NCBI GenBank assembly: GCA_027484445.1
Contig: JAIXSY010000038.1
Span: 3,915 to 67,914, forward strand
From: Verrucomicrobiaceae bacterium
Lineage (GTDB): Bacteria > Verrucomicrobiota > Verrucomicrobiia > Verrucomicrobiales > Verrucomicrobiaceae
Direction: 5' to 3'
Length of the DNA stretch: 64,000 nt
Positions 47,001 through 56,273 of this stretch are shown here, piece by piece. Within the stretch, counting starts at the first letter, position 1; every line of letters begins with the position of its first letter. The translations under genes were made by a program, and so were the position numbers. The notes beneath the pieces were generated by a model. That model worked only from the letters and a program-made list of their open reading frames with translations, did not search any database and had not been told where the DNA came from.

Positions 47001-47258
47001 TCAGAGGAGCTTTGTCAGGGCCTTGATCTCGGTCAGGGCATGCCCATCTCCGTCGTCAAGGCAGTGGTCGATATGGTCGTGGATCAGCGCCCGCTTCGCC
47101 TCGGCGACGGCGCGTTCGACGGCTTGCAGCTGCGTGGCAAGATCAAGGCAGGGTCTGCCCTCCTCGATCATGCCGATGACGCGGCGCAAATGCCCCTCGG
47201 CGCGCTTCAGCCGGGTGGCGATGGCGGGGTGGCTTGCATGGGTATGGTTTTCTGACAT
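47001..47258 (-). CDS. nreA: NreA-like CsoR/RcnR-family repressor
   Basis: HTHASH...RLKRAEGHL...CLDLATQLQAV...DHIDHCL. Confidence 0.88.
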   Translation of the reverse strand: MSENHTHASHPAIATRLKRAEGHLRRVIGMIEEGRPCLDLATQLQAVERAVAEAKRALIHDHIDHCLDDGDGHALTEIKALTKLL

Positions 47259-47268
47259 ATATCGATGG

Positions 47269-47286
47269 TAACCCCCCGGGGGGGAT
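47269..47286. promoter_or_regulatory. CsoR/RcnR-type G/C-tract operator
   Basis: TAACCCCCCGGGGGGGAT directly upstream of nreA and between divergent genes. Confidence 0.6.
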
Positions 47287-47326
47287 GAGGCAAGACGCGA
47301 AGCGGGGTCAACCCCGAAGGACAGTG

Positions 47327-47680
47327 ATGCGGGCAGCAGAACCAGCATGGCGGAGGTTAGGGGCGCGTTTGGCGGCCTTATGTCTTGCCCTGTCGCTGGC
47401 CGTCGCGCCCGCGCTTGAGACCGTGAAGCATGGTCCCGGCGCTATGGCCGCCGAGGCCGATCACCGCGCCTATCATGTCGAGCATGGCCATTCGCACAAT
47501 ATCGCAGGGTCGGATCATCACGACTCGAGCGACCACGATCATGTCGGCGCGGCGCTGCTTGTGGTCCCCGCGGCGGATATCCCCCCGCCACCCGAGCGGA
47601 TCCTGCGCCCGGACCCCCTTGTGGCCTCCGACACCATCCGTGACGGCCCGCGACGGCCACCCCGACTGACGCTGATCTGA
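47327..47680 (+). CDS. His-rich small exported protein
   Basis: Hydrophobic N-terminus; HVEHGHSH...HHDSSDHDH; C-terminal PRRPPR. Confidence 0.65.
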   Translation: MRAAEPAWRRLGARLAALCLALSLAVAPALETVKHGPGAMAAEADHRAYHVEHGHSHNIAGSDHHDSSDHDHVGAALLVVPAADIPPPPERILRPDPLVASDTIRDGPRRPPRLTLI

Positions 47681-47732
47681 GCCGCCGCCCGGCATCCCGG
47701 GCGGTCCGATCTATCACGTCAGGAAACAACAC

Positions 47733-48458
47733 ATGACACAGATTTTCTGGGCGCAGTGGCGCCCCAGGATGCCATGGCAGGCGCTTGCCGCCGTGGCGAC
47801 GCTCTTGACTGCCCTTTTGCTTGCAGGGGCGGCCCTTGCCCACAACGTCACAGCAGGCGATGCGGGTTATGTCCAAGAGGTGACAGGCTTTCGCCCCATC
47901 GCCTTCATCTACCTCGGCGCCAAGCATATGGTGACGGGATATGACCACTTGCTGTTCCTTGCCGGAGTGATCTTCTTCCTTTACCGGTCAAAGGACATCG
48001 CGACCTATGTCAGCATCTTCGCCATCGGCCATTCGGTGACGATGGTGGCGGGCGTCTGGTGGCAGATCGCCTTCAACGCCTTTATCATCGACGCGATCAT
48101 CGCGTTTTCGGTGGTCTACAAAGCGCTGGACAACCTCGGCGCGTTCCGCCTCTGGTTCGGGGTGCAGCCGAACACCAAGGCGGCAACGCTGGCCTTCGGC
48201 CTTCTCCACGGCTTTGGCCTGGCCACCAAGATCCAGAGCTATGACATCTCGCCCGACGGCCTTCTCGGCAATCTGATTGCCTTCAACGTCGGCGTGGAGC
48301 TTGGCCAGCTGATAGCGCTGGCGCTGATCCTGACTGCAATGACCCAGTGGCGGGCGCGGCCTGCCTTCGCGCGGCAGGCCTATGCCGCAAATGTCCTGAT
48401 GATGGTGGCTGGCTTTGCCCTGATGGGCCTGCAGATCACCGGCTATTTCTTCGCCTGA
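47733..48458 (+). CDS. HupE/UreJ-family metal transporter
   Basis: AHNV, GAKHMVTGYDHLLFL, FAIGHS, FGLLHGFG, FNVGVELGQ. Confidence 0.9.
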   Translation: MTQIFWAQWRPRMPWQALAAVATLLTALLLAGAALAHNVTAGDAGYVQEVTGFRPIAFIYLGAKHMVTGYDHLLFLAGVIFFLYRSKDIATYVSIFAIGHSVTMVAGVWWQIAFNAFIIDAIIAFSVVYKALDNLGAFRLWFGVQPNTKAATLAFGLLHGFGLATKIQSYDISPDGLLGNLIAFNVGVELGQLIALALILTAMTQWRARPAFARQAYAANVLMMVAGFALMGLQITGYFFA

Positions 48459-48472
48459 AAGGAGGGCGTCCC

Positions 48473-49282
48473 GTGAACAACCGTTTCGATATCTCCAAGG
48501 CTCCGCCCCTGCGGGCCGAACCCCGCCACGCGGCAACCGCCGCCCCCGTGCAAAACGTGCCTGCCACTCCGGGTGGGTTGGTCCGATCCACCCTGATTGC
48601 CGCCGGGGCGGCGGGGGCGATCCTTGTCTTGTTCTGGCTGCCCGCCGAATACGGCGTCGACCCGACCGGGGTCGGGGACCTGACCGGGCTTACCGACATG
48701 GGTGACATCAAGCAGCAGCTTGCCGCCGAGGCCGAGGCCGACGCCCAGGCCGTGAATGACTCAACTCCAGCTGTCGTTCCGGCCGAGATCCTCCAGCGTC
48801 TTGACCGCATCGACGCGCAACTGGCTGGCCTAGCCGCCGTGATCGGCGCGCCCCCCGCTGCCATCGAGTCGTCCGCGGCACCTGTCCCCGAGCCGGCCGA
48901 GCCCGTCGAGACATCGATCGCCGCAGCACCTGAGCCTGCTCCAGCGGACCCGGTCGAAGCCGCCACCCCGGAATGGCGCGACGAAGTCAGCTATACCCTT
49001 CCACCCGGCGAGGGGGTCGAGGTCAAGCTGGTCATGCAGGAAGGCGCGGTCGCCCGGTTCCAGTGGTCCGCGAATGGCGGCGTCGTGAACTTTGACCAGC
49101 ACGGCGACGGGTCGGGCCAGGAGATCAGCTATGAAGCCGGGCGAGCGGTCCCCGAGGCGAGCGGCACCCTGACCGCCGCCTTCACCGGCAATCACGGTTG
49201 GTTCTGGCGCAACCGCACCGACGCGCCGGTGACGCTGACACTGCGCACGGGTGGCGATTACGCCGAGATGAAGGCACCTTGA
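48473..49282 (+). CDS. Membrane-anchored hypothetical protein
   Basis: GTG after GGAGG; TM segment then LPAEYGVDPTG; C-terminal GNHGWFWRN domain. Confidence 0.75.
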   Translation: MNNRFDISKAPPLRAEPRHAATAAPVQNVPATPGGLVRSTLIAAGAAGAILVLFWLPAEYGVDPTGVGDLTGLTDMGDIKQQLAAEAEADAQAVNDSTPAVVPAEILQRLDRIDAQLAGLAAVIGAPPAAIESSAAPVPEPAEPVETSIAAAPEPAPADPVEAATPEWRDEVSYTLPPGEGVEVKLVMQEGAVARFQWSANGGVVNFDQHGDGSGQEISYEAGRAVPEASGTLTAAFTGNHGWFWRNRTDAPVTLTLRTGGDYAEMKAP

Positions 49283-49292
49283 CGGAACGACC

Positions 49293-49320
49293 GGGGGCAG
49301 CGCGTAAGCTGCCCCCTCTT
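49293..49320 (+). terminator. Intrinsic terminator-like hairpin
   Basis: GGGGGCAGC-GCGTAA-GCTGCCCCC-TCTT. Confidence 0.6.
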
Positions 49321-49617
49321 CAAGACGGAGCCGCGAAGCGGGCCGAAAGGGCGGCTTCTGTCACGAACCAGAAACCATGAGAACGACGCCGTGGCTTGGG
49401 GCGCATGCCGGGCGTTCTACGGACAGGGCTTCGGGGCAGCCGCCTCGGTTGCGAGCTTCGGCCCGACCTCCATGATGGTCGTCCTGATCGAGCGGGTCGC
49501 ACGAGCCGTTGCCAAGACCCTGCACGACCGAAGGCCGGCGGGTCTGATCTCGAACCGGCTTTATGCCAGAGCAGAAGAACATCCTCCGGCGCGGCGCGTC
49601 AGTGCCGGAGGAATGGG

Positions 49618-50193
49618 TCAGTGCGGCATCTGCCCGCGTGCCAAGGCCAGATGATGCGCCTGATGATGCATGCCGACGGTCATAACACCGATGAACCCAA
49701 GTGCCCGGATTTGTGCGGCATCCGGGCCGGTGACGGTCAGAACTGCGCCGTTGGGTGCCTCTTCTGCGGCCATGATCCAGCCTCCCGAACCCGTCATGGT
49801 GGCCGCATGGGACAGGGTCATCCGGCGGATCGAGGCAGCGACCGCAGCATCCGGCGAGGTCACCGTGAAGACCGCGCCGCCGTCGACATCGGCCTCGACG
49901 ACCTGCGCGAGCAGGGTCACGTTGTCCATGTCGATCAGGTGCTGGCGCAGCGCCTCGATGTTCACCTTGGACCAATCGGTCATGGGATCGGCCTGAAGGA
50001 TCGCCACGATCTCGGCAATGGCCGCAAAGGCGCCTTGGCCCGCCTCGGTCGGCCCGCCGCCCGACATCTGCGCCATCATCGCAGAGTGGTCCATCTTGGA
50101 ATGGTCCATCGTCTGTGCGGCAGTCATGCCAGGGATGGCGAGCAGGGCGGTCATCAGGGCAACCGGTGCAAGGCGGTTGAGAAAAGCGGTCAT
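49618..50193 (-). CDS. Exported Met/His-rich putative metal-binding protein
   Basis: Signal peptide; MDHSKMDHSAMM; RQHLIDM; GMHHQAHH. Confidence 0.75.
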   Translation of the reverse strand: MTAFLNRLAPVALMTALLAIPGMTAAQTMDHSKMDHSAMMAQMSGGGPTEAGQGAFAAIAEIVAILQADPMTDWSKVNIEALRQHLIDMDNVTLLAQVVEADVDGGAVFTVTSPDAAVAASIRRMTLSHAATMTGSGGWIMAAEEAPNGAVLTVTGPDAAQIRALGFIGVMTVGMHHQAHHLALARGQMPH

Positions 50194-50250
50194 GTCGGTC
50201 CTCCGTATTGCCTCGCTGTGTTTCACGGGCGAACGGAATGGCATATGATC

Positions 50251-50784
50251 ATGATCATGCAGACCCTGATTTCCCGTTTGTTTGATGGTGCGTTCCGCCA
50301 GTCCCTGCCTTCGGGAACAACAATGTTCCTGACGGGCGCCCCGGTGCGCGAGATGTTCCTTGTGGAAAGCGGCGAAGTTCATCTGATCCGTCATACCGCC
50401 TCGGGCGATCGGCTGATCCTGCACCGGGCGGGGCGGGGGGCGGTTCTGGCCGAAGCCTCGGCCTATTCGCCGCACTACCACTGCGATGCCGTGGCGGCGG
50501 AGGCCGCCGTTCTGGCCGCCCTGCCGAAGCAGGTTTTCCTTGATGCTATGTCTGCCGATGCCGCGCTTTCAACCGCTTGGGCCGCCTCGCTGGCGCGGGC
50601 CACCCAAGGGGCGCGGCTTCGGGCGGAAATTCGCAGCCTGTCCAGGGTTTCCGCCCGGCTAGATGCTTGGCTTGAAGCAGGCAATGCCTTGCCGGACAAG
50701 GGCCGCTGGCAGGATGTGGCAGCAGAACTCGGCGTGACGCGCGAGGCGCTTTATCGCGAGCTTGCACGTCGCAGACGACTCTGA
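50251..50784 (+). CDS. Crp/Fnr-family regulator
   Basis: 3' part of the long ORF: cNMP-like FLVESGEV...GAVLAEAS...YHCDAVA and HTH WQDVAAELGVTREALYR. Start uncertain (50245/50251/50257). Confidence 0.82.
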   Translation: MIMQTLISRLFDGAFRQSLPSGTTMFLTGAPVREMFLVESGEVHLIRHTASGDRLILHRAGRGAVLAEASAYSPHYHCDAVAAEAAVLAALPKQVFLDAMSADAALSTAWAASLARATQGARLRAEIRSLSRVSARLDAWLEAGNALPDKGRWQDVAAELGVTREALYRELARRRRL

Positions 50785-50794
50785 TCGGGAAGGG

Positions 50795-51139
50795 TCAGAA
50801 CACCAGCACCTTGTCCGCTGCAATCGTCGCCTCGGCCAGTGCATCCATGGTCGACCGTTCGGCCCCGGTCAGCAGCTGCGTCGCCTCCAGCCCGCGCGCA
50901 TCCATGCAGGTGCCGCACAAGAGAACCTTGCTGCGGGCTGCGATCAACCGTCCCAGCATTTTTTCCAAGTTGTAGAACCCTTCGGGCGTCTTCTGGCCCA
51001 ACTTGGCGCAGGCCACCGCATCGGCCATCAGGAACACGGTCACCTCCTGGCCGGATTTGGCCAGCGCATTGGCTAGCCGCAAGCCGTTGTAACTGCGTTC
51101 CGTGCCGTAGGGCGGGTCGTTCATGATCAACAGGATCAT
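50795..51139 (-). CDS. DsrE/YchN-family protein
   Basis: NDPPYGTERSYNGLRLA, FLMADAV.CA, CGTCMDARG. Confidence 0.9.
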   Translation of the reverse strand: MILLIMNDPPYGTERSYNGLRLANALAKSGQEVTVFLMADAVACAKLGQKTPEGFYNLEKMLGRLIAARSKVLLCGTCMDARGLEATQLLTGAERSTMDALAEATIAADKVLVF

Positions 51140-52440
51140 TTCAGCTCCTTCGCGGGATTGAGGCGGGGATGGGTTTCCTCGCCGAAAAGGAACAGCACGA
51201 AGGCAGAGGCCAACATCGTAATGGCAACGAACCAGAAGGCCGCGCCCGTGCCGCCTATCATCGCCACCAGCCCGATGGCCGCCGCGCCGATGCCGTATCC
51301 CAGATCACGCCAGAACCGGTAGATGCCGATGGCCGAGCCGCGCCAGGAGGGCGGGGTGATATCCGCCACGGCGGCAGAGAGGTTGGGGTAAAGCAGGGCC
51401 ATGCCGAAGCCCGCGATCCCGGCCGAGACCGACCACCAGAGTGCCCCCTGGCCCAGGGCGACCAGCCCCATACCCGCGCCGCAGATCGCCATGCCCGCGA
51501 CATTCGGCCAGAACCGCCCGACATGGTCCGACAGCCGACCCGTGACCAGCTGCAACAGGCCCCAGACGAAGCCGTAAGTGCCGACGATCCAGCCGATCTG
51601 CGGCAGGGTCGCGCCCGCGGCGCGCAAGTGAACCGGGAAGATCACCCAGACCAGAGCATCGACGAATTTCTCGACCAGTCCGGCCTGAGACAGGGCGAAG
51701 AGCCTCCGGTCGCGCCACGTCATCAGTGCAAAGACCTCCCCCGTCGTCGGATGCTCGGGCACGTCTTTGGGATAGCGCGGGGGAAAGCGGGGCGGCTGGA
51801 CCTTATGCGCCGCAGCCTCGGACCGCGCCCAGGGCAGGCTGTCCTGCACCCATACGATCGAAAGGATCAGGGCCAACACGATCACCGCCAGACCGAAGAC
51901 CAGAAGGCCCAGCCGCGCACCCAAGACCTCGGCGGCATAAGCTGTCAGGATGCCGGCAAGGGCCACGCCGACATAGCCGGAAAACTCATTCAACCCCAGG
52001 ACCAGCCCGCGCTGATCGGCCCGGGTCAGGTCCAGCTTGGCCGTCTGGGTCATCGACCAGCACAGCCCCTGGTTCACCCCCAGAAGCACCGTCGCCGCGA
52101 CGATCCAGCCCCAGTTCGGCGCGGCCCAGATCATCACCGGGATCGGCAATGCCACCAGCCAGCCCGCGACCAGCACCTTCTTGCGCCCTATCCGTTCCGA
52201 CAGTCGCCCGGCCAGGAAGTTCATCGCGGCCTTCACCACGCCGAAGGCGACCACGAATGCAGAGAGCAACAGGAACGACCCCCGCGCCACGCCGAAATCG
52301 CTTTCGGCCAGCGCCGGGATCACCGTGCGCATCATCCCGATGGCGAAGCCCACCAGCAGCACCTGAATCAATTGATGAGTGACCTGCGTCAGGTTCTCGC
52401 GGATGCCGAAGGGGGTCAGCAGACCCTCGCCCTGCGTCAT
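51136..52440 (-). CDS. MFS transporter
   Basis: GRLSERIGRKK, NEFSGYVG, YRFWRDLGY. Confidence 0.9.
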   Translation of the reverse strand: MTQGEGLLTPFGIRENLTQVTHQLIQVLLVGFAIGMMRTVIPALAESDFGVARGSFLLLSAFVVAFGVVKAAMNFLAGRLSERIGRKKVLVAGWLVALPIPVMIWAAPNWGWIVAATVLLGVNQGLCWSMTQTAKLDLTRADQRGLVLGLNEFSGYVGVALAGILTAYAAEVLGARLGLLVFGLAVIVLALILSIVWVQDSLPWARSEAAAHKVQPPRFPPRYPKDVPEHPTTGEVFALMTWRDRRLFALSQAGLVEKFVDALVWVIFPVHLRAAGATLPQIGWIVGTYGFVWGLLQLVTGRLSDHVGRFWPNVAGMAICGAGMGLVALGQGALWWSVSAGIAGFGMALLYPNLSAAVADITPPSWRGSAIGIYRFWRDLGYGIGAAAIGLVAMIGGTGAAFWFVAITMLASAFVLFLFGEETHPRLNPAKELK

Positions 52441-53171
52441 GGCGCTGCCTCGCCGGAGTTCACCGCCCGCATCTGCGCGGCTTCCGGCGGCGGCGGCGGG
52501 ATGTCTGCCAGCATGGCCTGCACGAAGGCGTCTTCGTCCTGCATCGCAAAGGCCGTGTTGTGGCGCTTCTCGAAGCCGATGGTCGAGGTGGGCTTACCAC
52601 TCAACTTGCGCCCGCAGACCGAGCCCGAAAAGGCCCCGGGCAAAACCTCCAGATGATCAGGCAACGCCTTCAGCCGCGCGGCCGAGTGGAACAGTGCCCG
52701 CGCGCCGTCCTCGGCGCGGGTGGCCAGTTCCGTCCGACCCATGTCGCCCACCATCAGCGTATGACCGGTCAGCACAAACCAGGGCTCGGCCGATCGGGTG
52801 CGGTCGGTGACCAGAAGCGACAGGCTTTCCGGCGTGTGACCGGGCGTATGCAGCGCGGTGATGGTCACGTTGCCGAGTTCGAGGACATCGCCATCCTTCA
52901 CGCCCCGGAACGGAAACCGCGTCTCTGCCCCTGCAAACAACACGTAGTCCGCCCCGGAGGCCTCGGCCAAAGCACGGCCAGAGGAGACGTGATCGGCGTG
53001 CAGGTGGGTGTCGATGACGAAAAGGATCCTCATCCCCAAGGCTTTGGCGGCATCGAGATAGGACGCGATGTCGCCCATCGGATCAACCACCGCCCCGGCC
53101 GCCTTGCCGCCGCAGCCGAACAGATAGGACGCGCCAACCGGGTCGGAATGCAGGAATTGCCTGAGGATCAT
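52437..53171 (-). CDS. MBL-fold hydrolase, persulfide dioxygenase-like
   Basis: DTHLHADH, TPGHTPES, GHTLMVGDMGR, PGAFSGSVCG, STIGFEKRHN. Confidence 0.88.
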   Translation of the reverse strand: MILRQFLHSDPVGASYLFGCGGKAAGAVVDPMGDIASYLDAAKALGMRILFVIDTHLHADHVSSGRALAEASGADYVLFAGAETRFPFRGVKDGDVLELGNVTITALHTPGHTPESLSLLVTDRTRSAEPWFVLTGHTLMVGDMGRTELATRAEDGARALFHSAARLKALPDHLEVLPGAFSGSVCGRKLSGKPTSTIGFEKRHNTAFAMQDEDAFVQAMLADIPPPPPEAAQMRAVNSGEAAP

Positions 53172-53260
53172 CGCCATCTCCTGTTCTGGGCGGGCTTGCC
53201 GCGAGAACCGCGACTCGCTACATTCAAGTAATCTCTTGAATGATGTAGGGTCCACCGCCG

Positions 53261-53911
53261 ATGCTGTCAATCTCTCCGAAACAGGCCCTGCTCGAGGAAT
53301 ATGCCCTGGTCGCGACCGCGCTCTCCGCCCCGGCGCGGCTGGCCATCCTGGAGCAATTGGCCCAGAAGGAACACGGTGTCGACAGTCTCGCGGCCCGCAC
53401 CGGGCTGACACTCGCAAATTGCTCGCAGCACCTTAAGGTCCTGCGCCGGGCCGGTCTTGTCGCAAGCCAGCGTGCAGGCAAGGCGGTAATCTATCGCCTC
53501 TCCGACCCGTCCGCGTTTGGGCTGATGGCCGGGCTGCGTCAGATCGCCGAGCGCAATCTGGCCGAGGTTGAGCGCATCCTGCGTGGTCTGGCCGGCGGCG
53601 AAACCCCGCCCGAGCCAGTGAGCCGGGCCGAGCTGGCCGAACGTATCTCTGCCGGGGAGGTGACCGTGATCGACCTGCGACCCGCCGACGAATTCGCGGT
53701 CGGACATCTGCCGGGTGCCATCAATCTGCGCCTGAGCGAACTGGCCGACGCCCATCTGGACGGAGAGATCGTCGCCTACTGCCGCGGCCCCTTCTGCCTC
53801 GACTCCCAACAGGCAGAAACCCTTCTGCGCGCACGTGGCCTGCAAGCCCGACGCATGGACGGCGGCCTGCCGGAATGGCGTGAAGAGGGACGCATGATCC
53901 AAGTCAAGTAA
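53261..53911 (+). CDS. ArsR/SmtB repressor with C-terminal rhodanese domain
   Basis: ARLAILEQL...SQHLKVLRRAGLV; IDLRP..EF..GHLPGAIN; YCRGPFC. Confidence 0.9.
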   Translation: MLSISPKQALLEEYALVATALSAPARLAILEQLAQKEHGVDSLAARTGLTLANCSQHLKVLRRAGLVASQRAGKAVIYRLSDPSAFGLMAGLRQIAERNLAEVERILRGLAGGETPPEPVSRAELAERISAGEVTVIDLRPADEFAVGHLPGAINLRLSELADAHLDGEIVAYCRGPFCLDSQQAETLLRARGLQARRMDGGLPEWREEGRMIQVK

Positions 53912-53932
53912 GCGAAGACCAGTTTGCGCCAA

Positions 53933-54922
53933 TCACTTGGCATCGTCAGTGGGCACCCATATCTCTGCCACTCCCCTGCTCCCCCCGTGTCTGGCCAGTT
54001 GCACCACAAGGTCCACCGATCCTTCACAGTACCGCTTCACCTCCTCGAACCCCATGCCAAGCCCGGCCGCCATCACCATGATCGCGAGCCGGTTGATGGC
54101 CTTGCGCGCTGTATCGGCATGAATGGTGGTAAATGACCCCCCATGCCCGGTGTTGATTGCCTCCAGAAACGTCCGGCTCTCCTCCCCCCGCAACTCGCCC
54201 AGTATGATCCGATCTGGCCGCATCCGGAGCGAGGCCTCCAGGAGCCGCGCCGGCGTCCGCTCCCCTTGCGAATTCCGGTCGGCCTTCAGGGCCACGACAT
54301 TCTCCTGCCCAGGGAAGAGCTCATAGGCATCCTCGATGGTCAGAATGCGCTCCTGCGGATCGACCACGGAGAGGAGCCAGCGGGCAAAGGTGGTCTTGCC
54401 GGTCGACGTGCCGCCCGAGATCAGGATGTTGAGCCGCTTTCTGACGCAAAGCCGCATGGCAGTCTCGATCTCACCCGCCTCGGCCAGGACCAGAACTTCT
54501 TTGCTGAGCTCGCGCTTCCGATGATCGAGGTCGATAAGCGATCCATGCAGAAGGCGTGGCGCGATCAGGGCCTCGGCACTGGTCTTGAAGGGCCTGAGCG
54601 TGATGGCCATACCACCTTCGACGATGGGCGCCGCCACAACCTGAGCCCGGATGGCAGAGCTGCCGAAGATGATCTTGCCCGAGACGGTGGGCTTTCGGTC
54701 AGAGAACTGCACGCCCACCGATGAGGCAATCGCCTGACTAAGATTGACCGAGAGATCGCGGTCGATCCGGATTCCCTGGGCCAGTTCCATGTGGGAGCCC
54801 CCCCTCCGCTCCATCCAGACCCGACCATCCGGGTTGATGGCGATCTCGACGAGATCAGGCCGGGCCAGAAGATCGGCCAGCGGGGCGAGATAGGACGCAA
54901 GGAAGGAGGGTTGCCCATCCAT
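53933..54922 (-). CDS. virB11: T4SS ATPase
   Basis: EIAINPDG, GGTSTGKTT, IEDAYEL, RMRPDRIILGELRG, GHGGSFTTIHA. Confidence 0.95.
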   Translation of the reverse strand: MDGQPSFLASYLAPLADLLARPDLVEIAINPDGRVWMERRGGSHMELAQGIRIDRDLSVNLSQAIASSVGVQFSDRKPTVSGKIIFGSSAIRAQVVAAPIVEGGMAITLRPFKTSAEALIAPRLLHGSLIDLDHRKRELSKEVLVLAEAGEIETAMRLCVRKRLNILISGGTSTGKTTFARWLLSVVDPQERILTIEDAYELFPGQENVVALKADRNSQGERTPARLLEASLRMRPDRIILGELRGEESRTFLEAINTGHGGSFTTIHADTARKAINRLAIMVMAAGLGMGFEEVKRYCEGSVDLVVQLARHGGSRGVAEIWVPTDDAK

Positions 54923-54934
54923 GACCAGCCCTTC

Positions 54935-56272
54935 TCACCAGAACTCGAGATCGCGGTCCACCATGACGGTGATGGCGGCGCCGGGGGCGACCGAGATGAT
55001 CGGCGGCAAGCTGGTATAGGCCTCGACCGCGGAGCCCATCGCCGAGCCGAGATCCTGCCCGACGCTTTCGGCGGTATCGGCGCTGAGCTTGTCGGCATAG
55101 TTAGCCGCCGCGACGGCGGGAGCGGCGCCCAGGAGCGAAATCAGGGCGGCAGACCCGAAACGCTGACCGAAGCGACTGTTGACCTTGCCCGTGATGCCGG
55201 AGCGGCCCTGGGCATCGCCGCCAAAGGCTTCCATCTGCACCGATTGGCCATCCGGCGTGACGAGACGCGTCCAGGCGACGAGGATGCGGCCCTGACCGAT
55301 TTCCACTTCCGAGGAATATTCGCCAAAGAGCCGCGAGCCCGCCGGGACTAGGATCTGCGTCTGATCGAAAGACCAGACCGGCCGGGTGACGATGGCCGTC
55401 AACTGGCCAGGCAGAGAGGAATCTACGGCGTTTTCCAGGGTGGCCTCGATCATCGTGCCCTGCAGGACGGTGTTCGATGGGCTGGCGATGACCTGCGAAG
55501 CCTCAACCGGCGTCGCCTCGCGGCCCGACTGCACGAAGTCGCGGCCCGCAGCATCCCGCGAACCGTTCGAGCCCTCTTCCGGCGGCATCAGGGAGGTGTC
55601 GCCTTTGTCCCCACTTTGCCCGTTGTCAAAGACGACCGAGGGCGAGGAAACCCGCGCCGCCAGTTCCTCCTCCTTCTTGGCCCGGCGGGCCGCGAGTTCG
55701 GCTTCTTGTTTGGCGGTCTCTTTGTCCGTCGCCGCAGCCGTCGCCTTCAGCGCCGCGATCTCGCCACCAAACTCGGCCTTGATGCTCTCGATCATCGCCA
55801 GGTTCTGCTCCTGCGCCTTGGCCAAGGCCTCGGCCAGTTCCTTGGCGCTGTCATCCTTCTCGGATGTGGCCTTGGCGGCCAGATCAGCGAGTTCTTTCTG
55901 AAGCCGGTCCACTTCGCCCGTCAGCGCGGCGTTCTTTGTCTCCAGGGTCTCGCGCTGTGAGGCCAGCTGGCCTTCGATGTCGGCGAAATCTGCCCCATCC
56001 TTACCCTTCACATCGCCGGCGGGTTCAATTGCGCCGAAGGTCGGCCCTTTGTCCGGGTTCTGGAACTCCTGGGCTTCCGAGGTTTCCACCGCCGGGATCG
56101 CTTTTTGCGCGGGCCAGAGGGTCCAGATCGCAGCAATACTGGCGCCCGCCAGAAGAGCGCCCATGCCGATCCGCTGTTGCCGCGTCAACTTGGGCTTCGG
56201 GCGTTCGACCTTGTATTCGGGCTCGGGCGCTGCGGCTTTGGTTTCGGCCTCGGGAATCTGCTTCTCGGTCAT
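54935..56272 (-). CDS. virB10: T4SS core protein
   Basis: TM segment then coiled coil; GTMIEATLENAVDS.LPG, RILVAWTRL, GDAQGRSG. Confidence 0.92.
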   Translation of the reverse strand: MTEKQIPEAETKAAAPEPEYKVERPKPKLTRQQRIGMGALLAGASIAAIWTLWPAQKAIPAVETSEAQEFQNPDKGPTFGAIEPAGDVKGKDGADFADIEGQLASQRETLETKNAALTGEVDRLQKELADLAAKATSEKDDSAKELAEALAKAQEQNLAMIESIKAEFGGEIAALKATAAATDKETAKQEAELAARRAKKEEELAARVSSPSVVFDNGQSGDKGDTSLMPPEEGSNGSRDAAGRDFVQSGREATPVEASQVIASPSNTVLQGTMIEATLENAVDSSLPGQLTAIVTRPVWSFDQTQILVPAGSRLFGEYSSEVEIGQGRILVAWTRLVTPDGQSVQMEAFGGDAQGRSGITGKVNSRFGQRFGSAALISLLGAAPAVAAANYADKLSADTAESVGQDLGSAMGSAVEAYTSLPPIISVAPGAAITVMVDRDLEFW

Positions 56273-56273
56273 C

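Noticed and set aside
49321-49617. Possible gene or remnant in the 300-bp gap
   Set aside because: No frame gave a recognisable product or credible start.
49396-50244. Apparent long N-terminal extension on the Crp/Fnr regulator
   Set aside because: Antisense to the Met/His-rich exported gene; not a real fusion.
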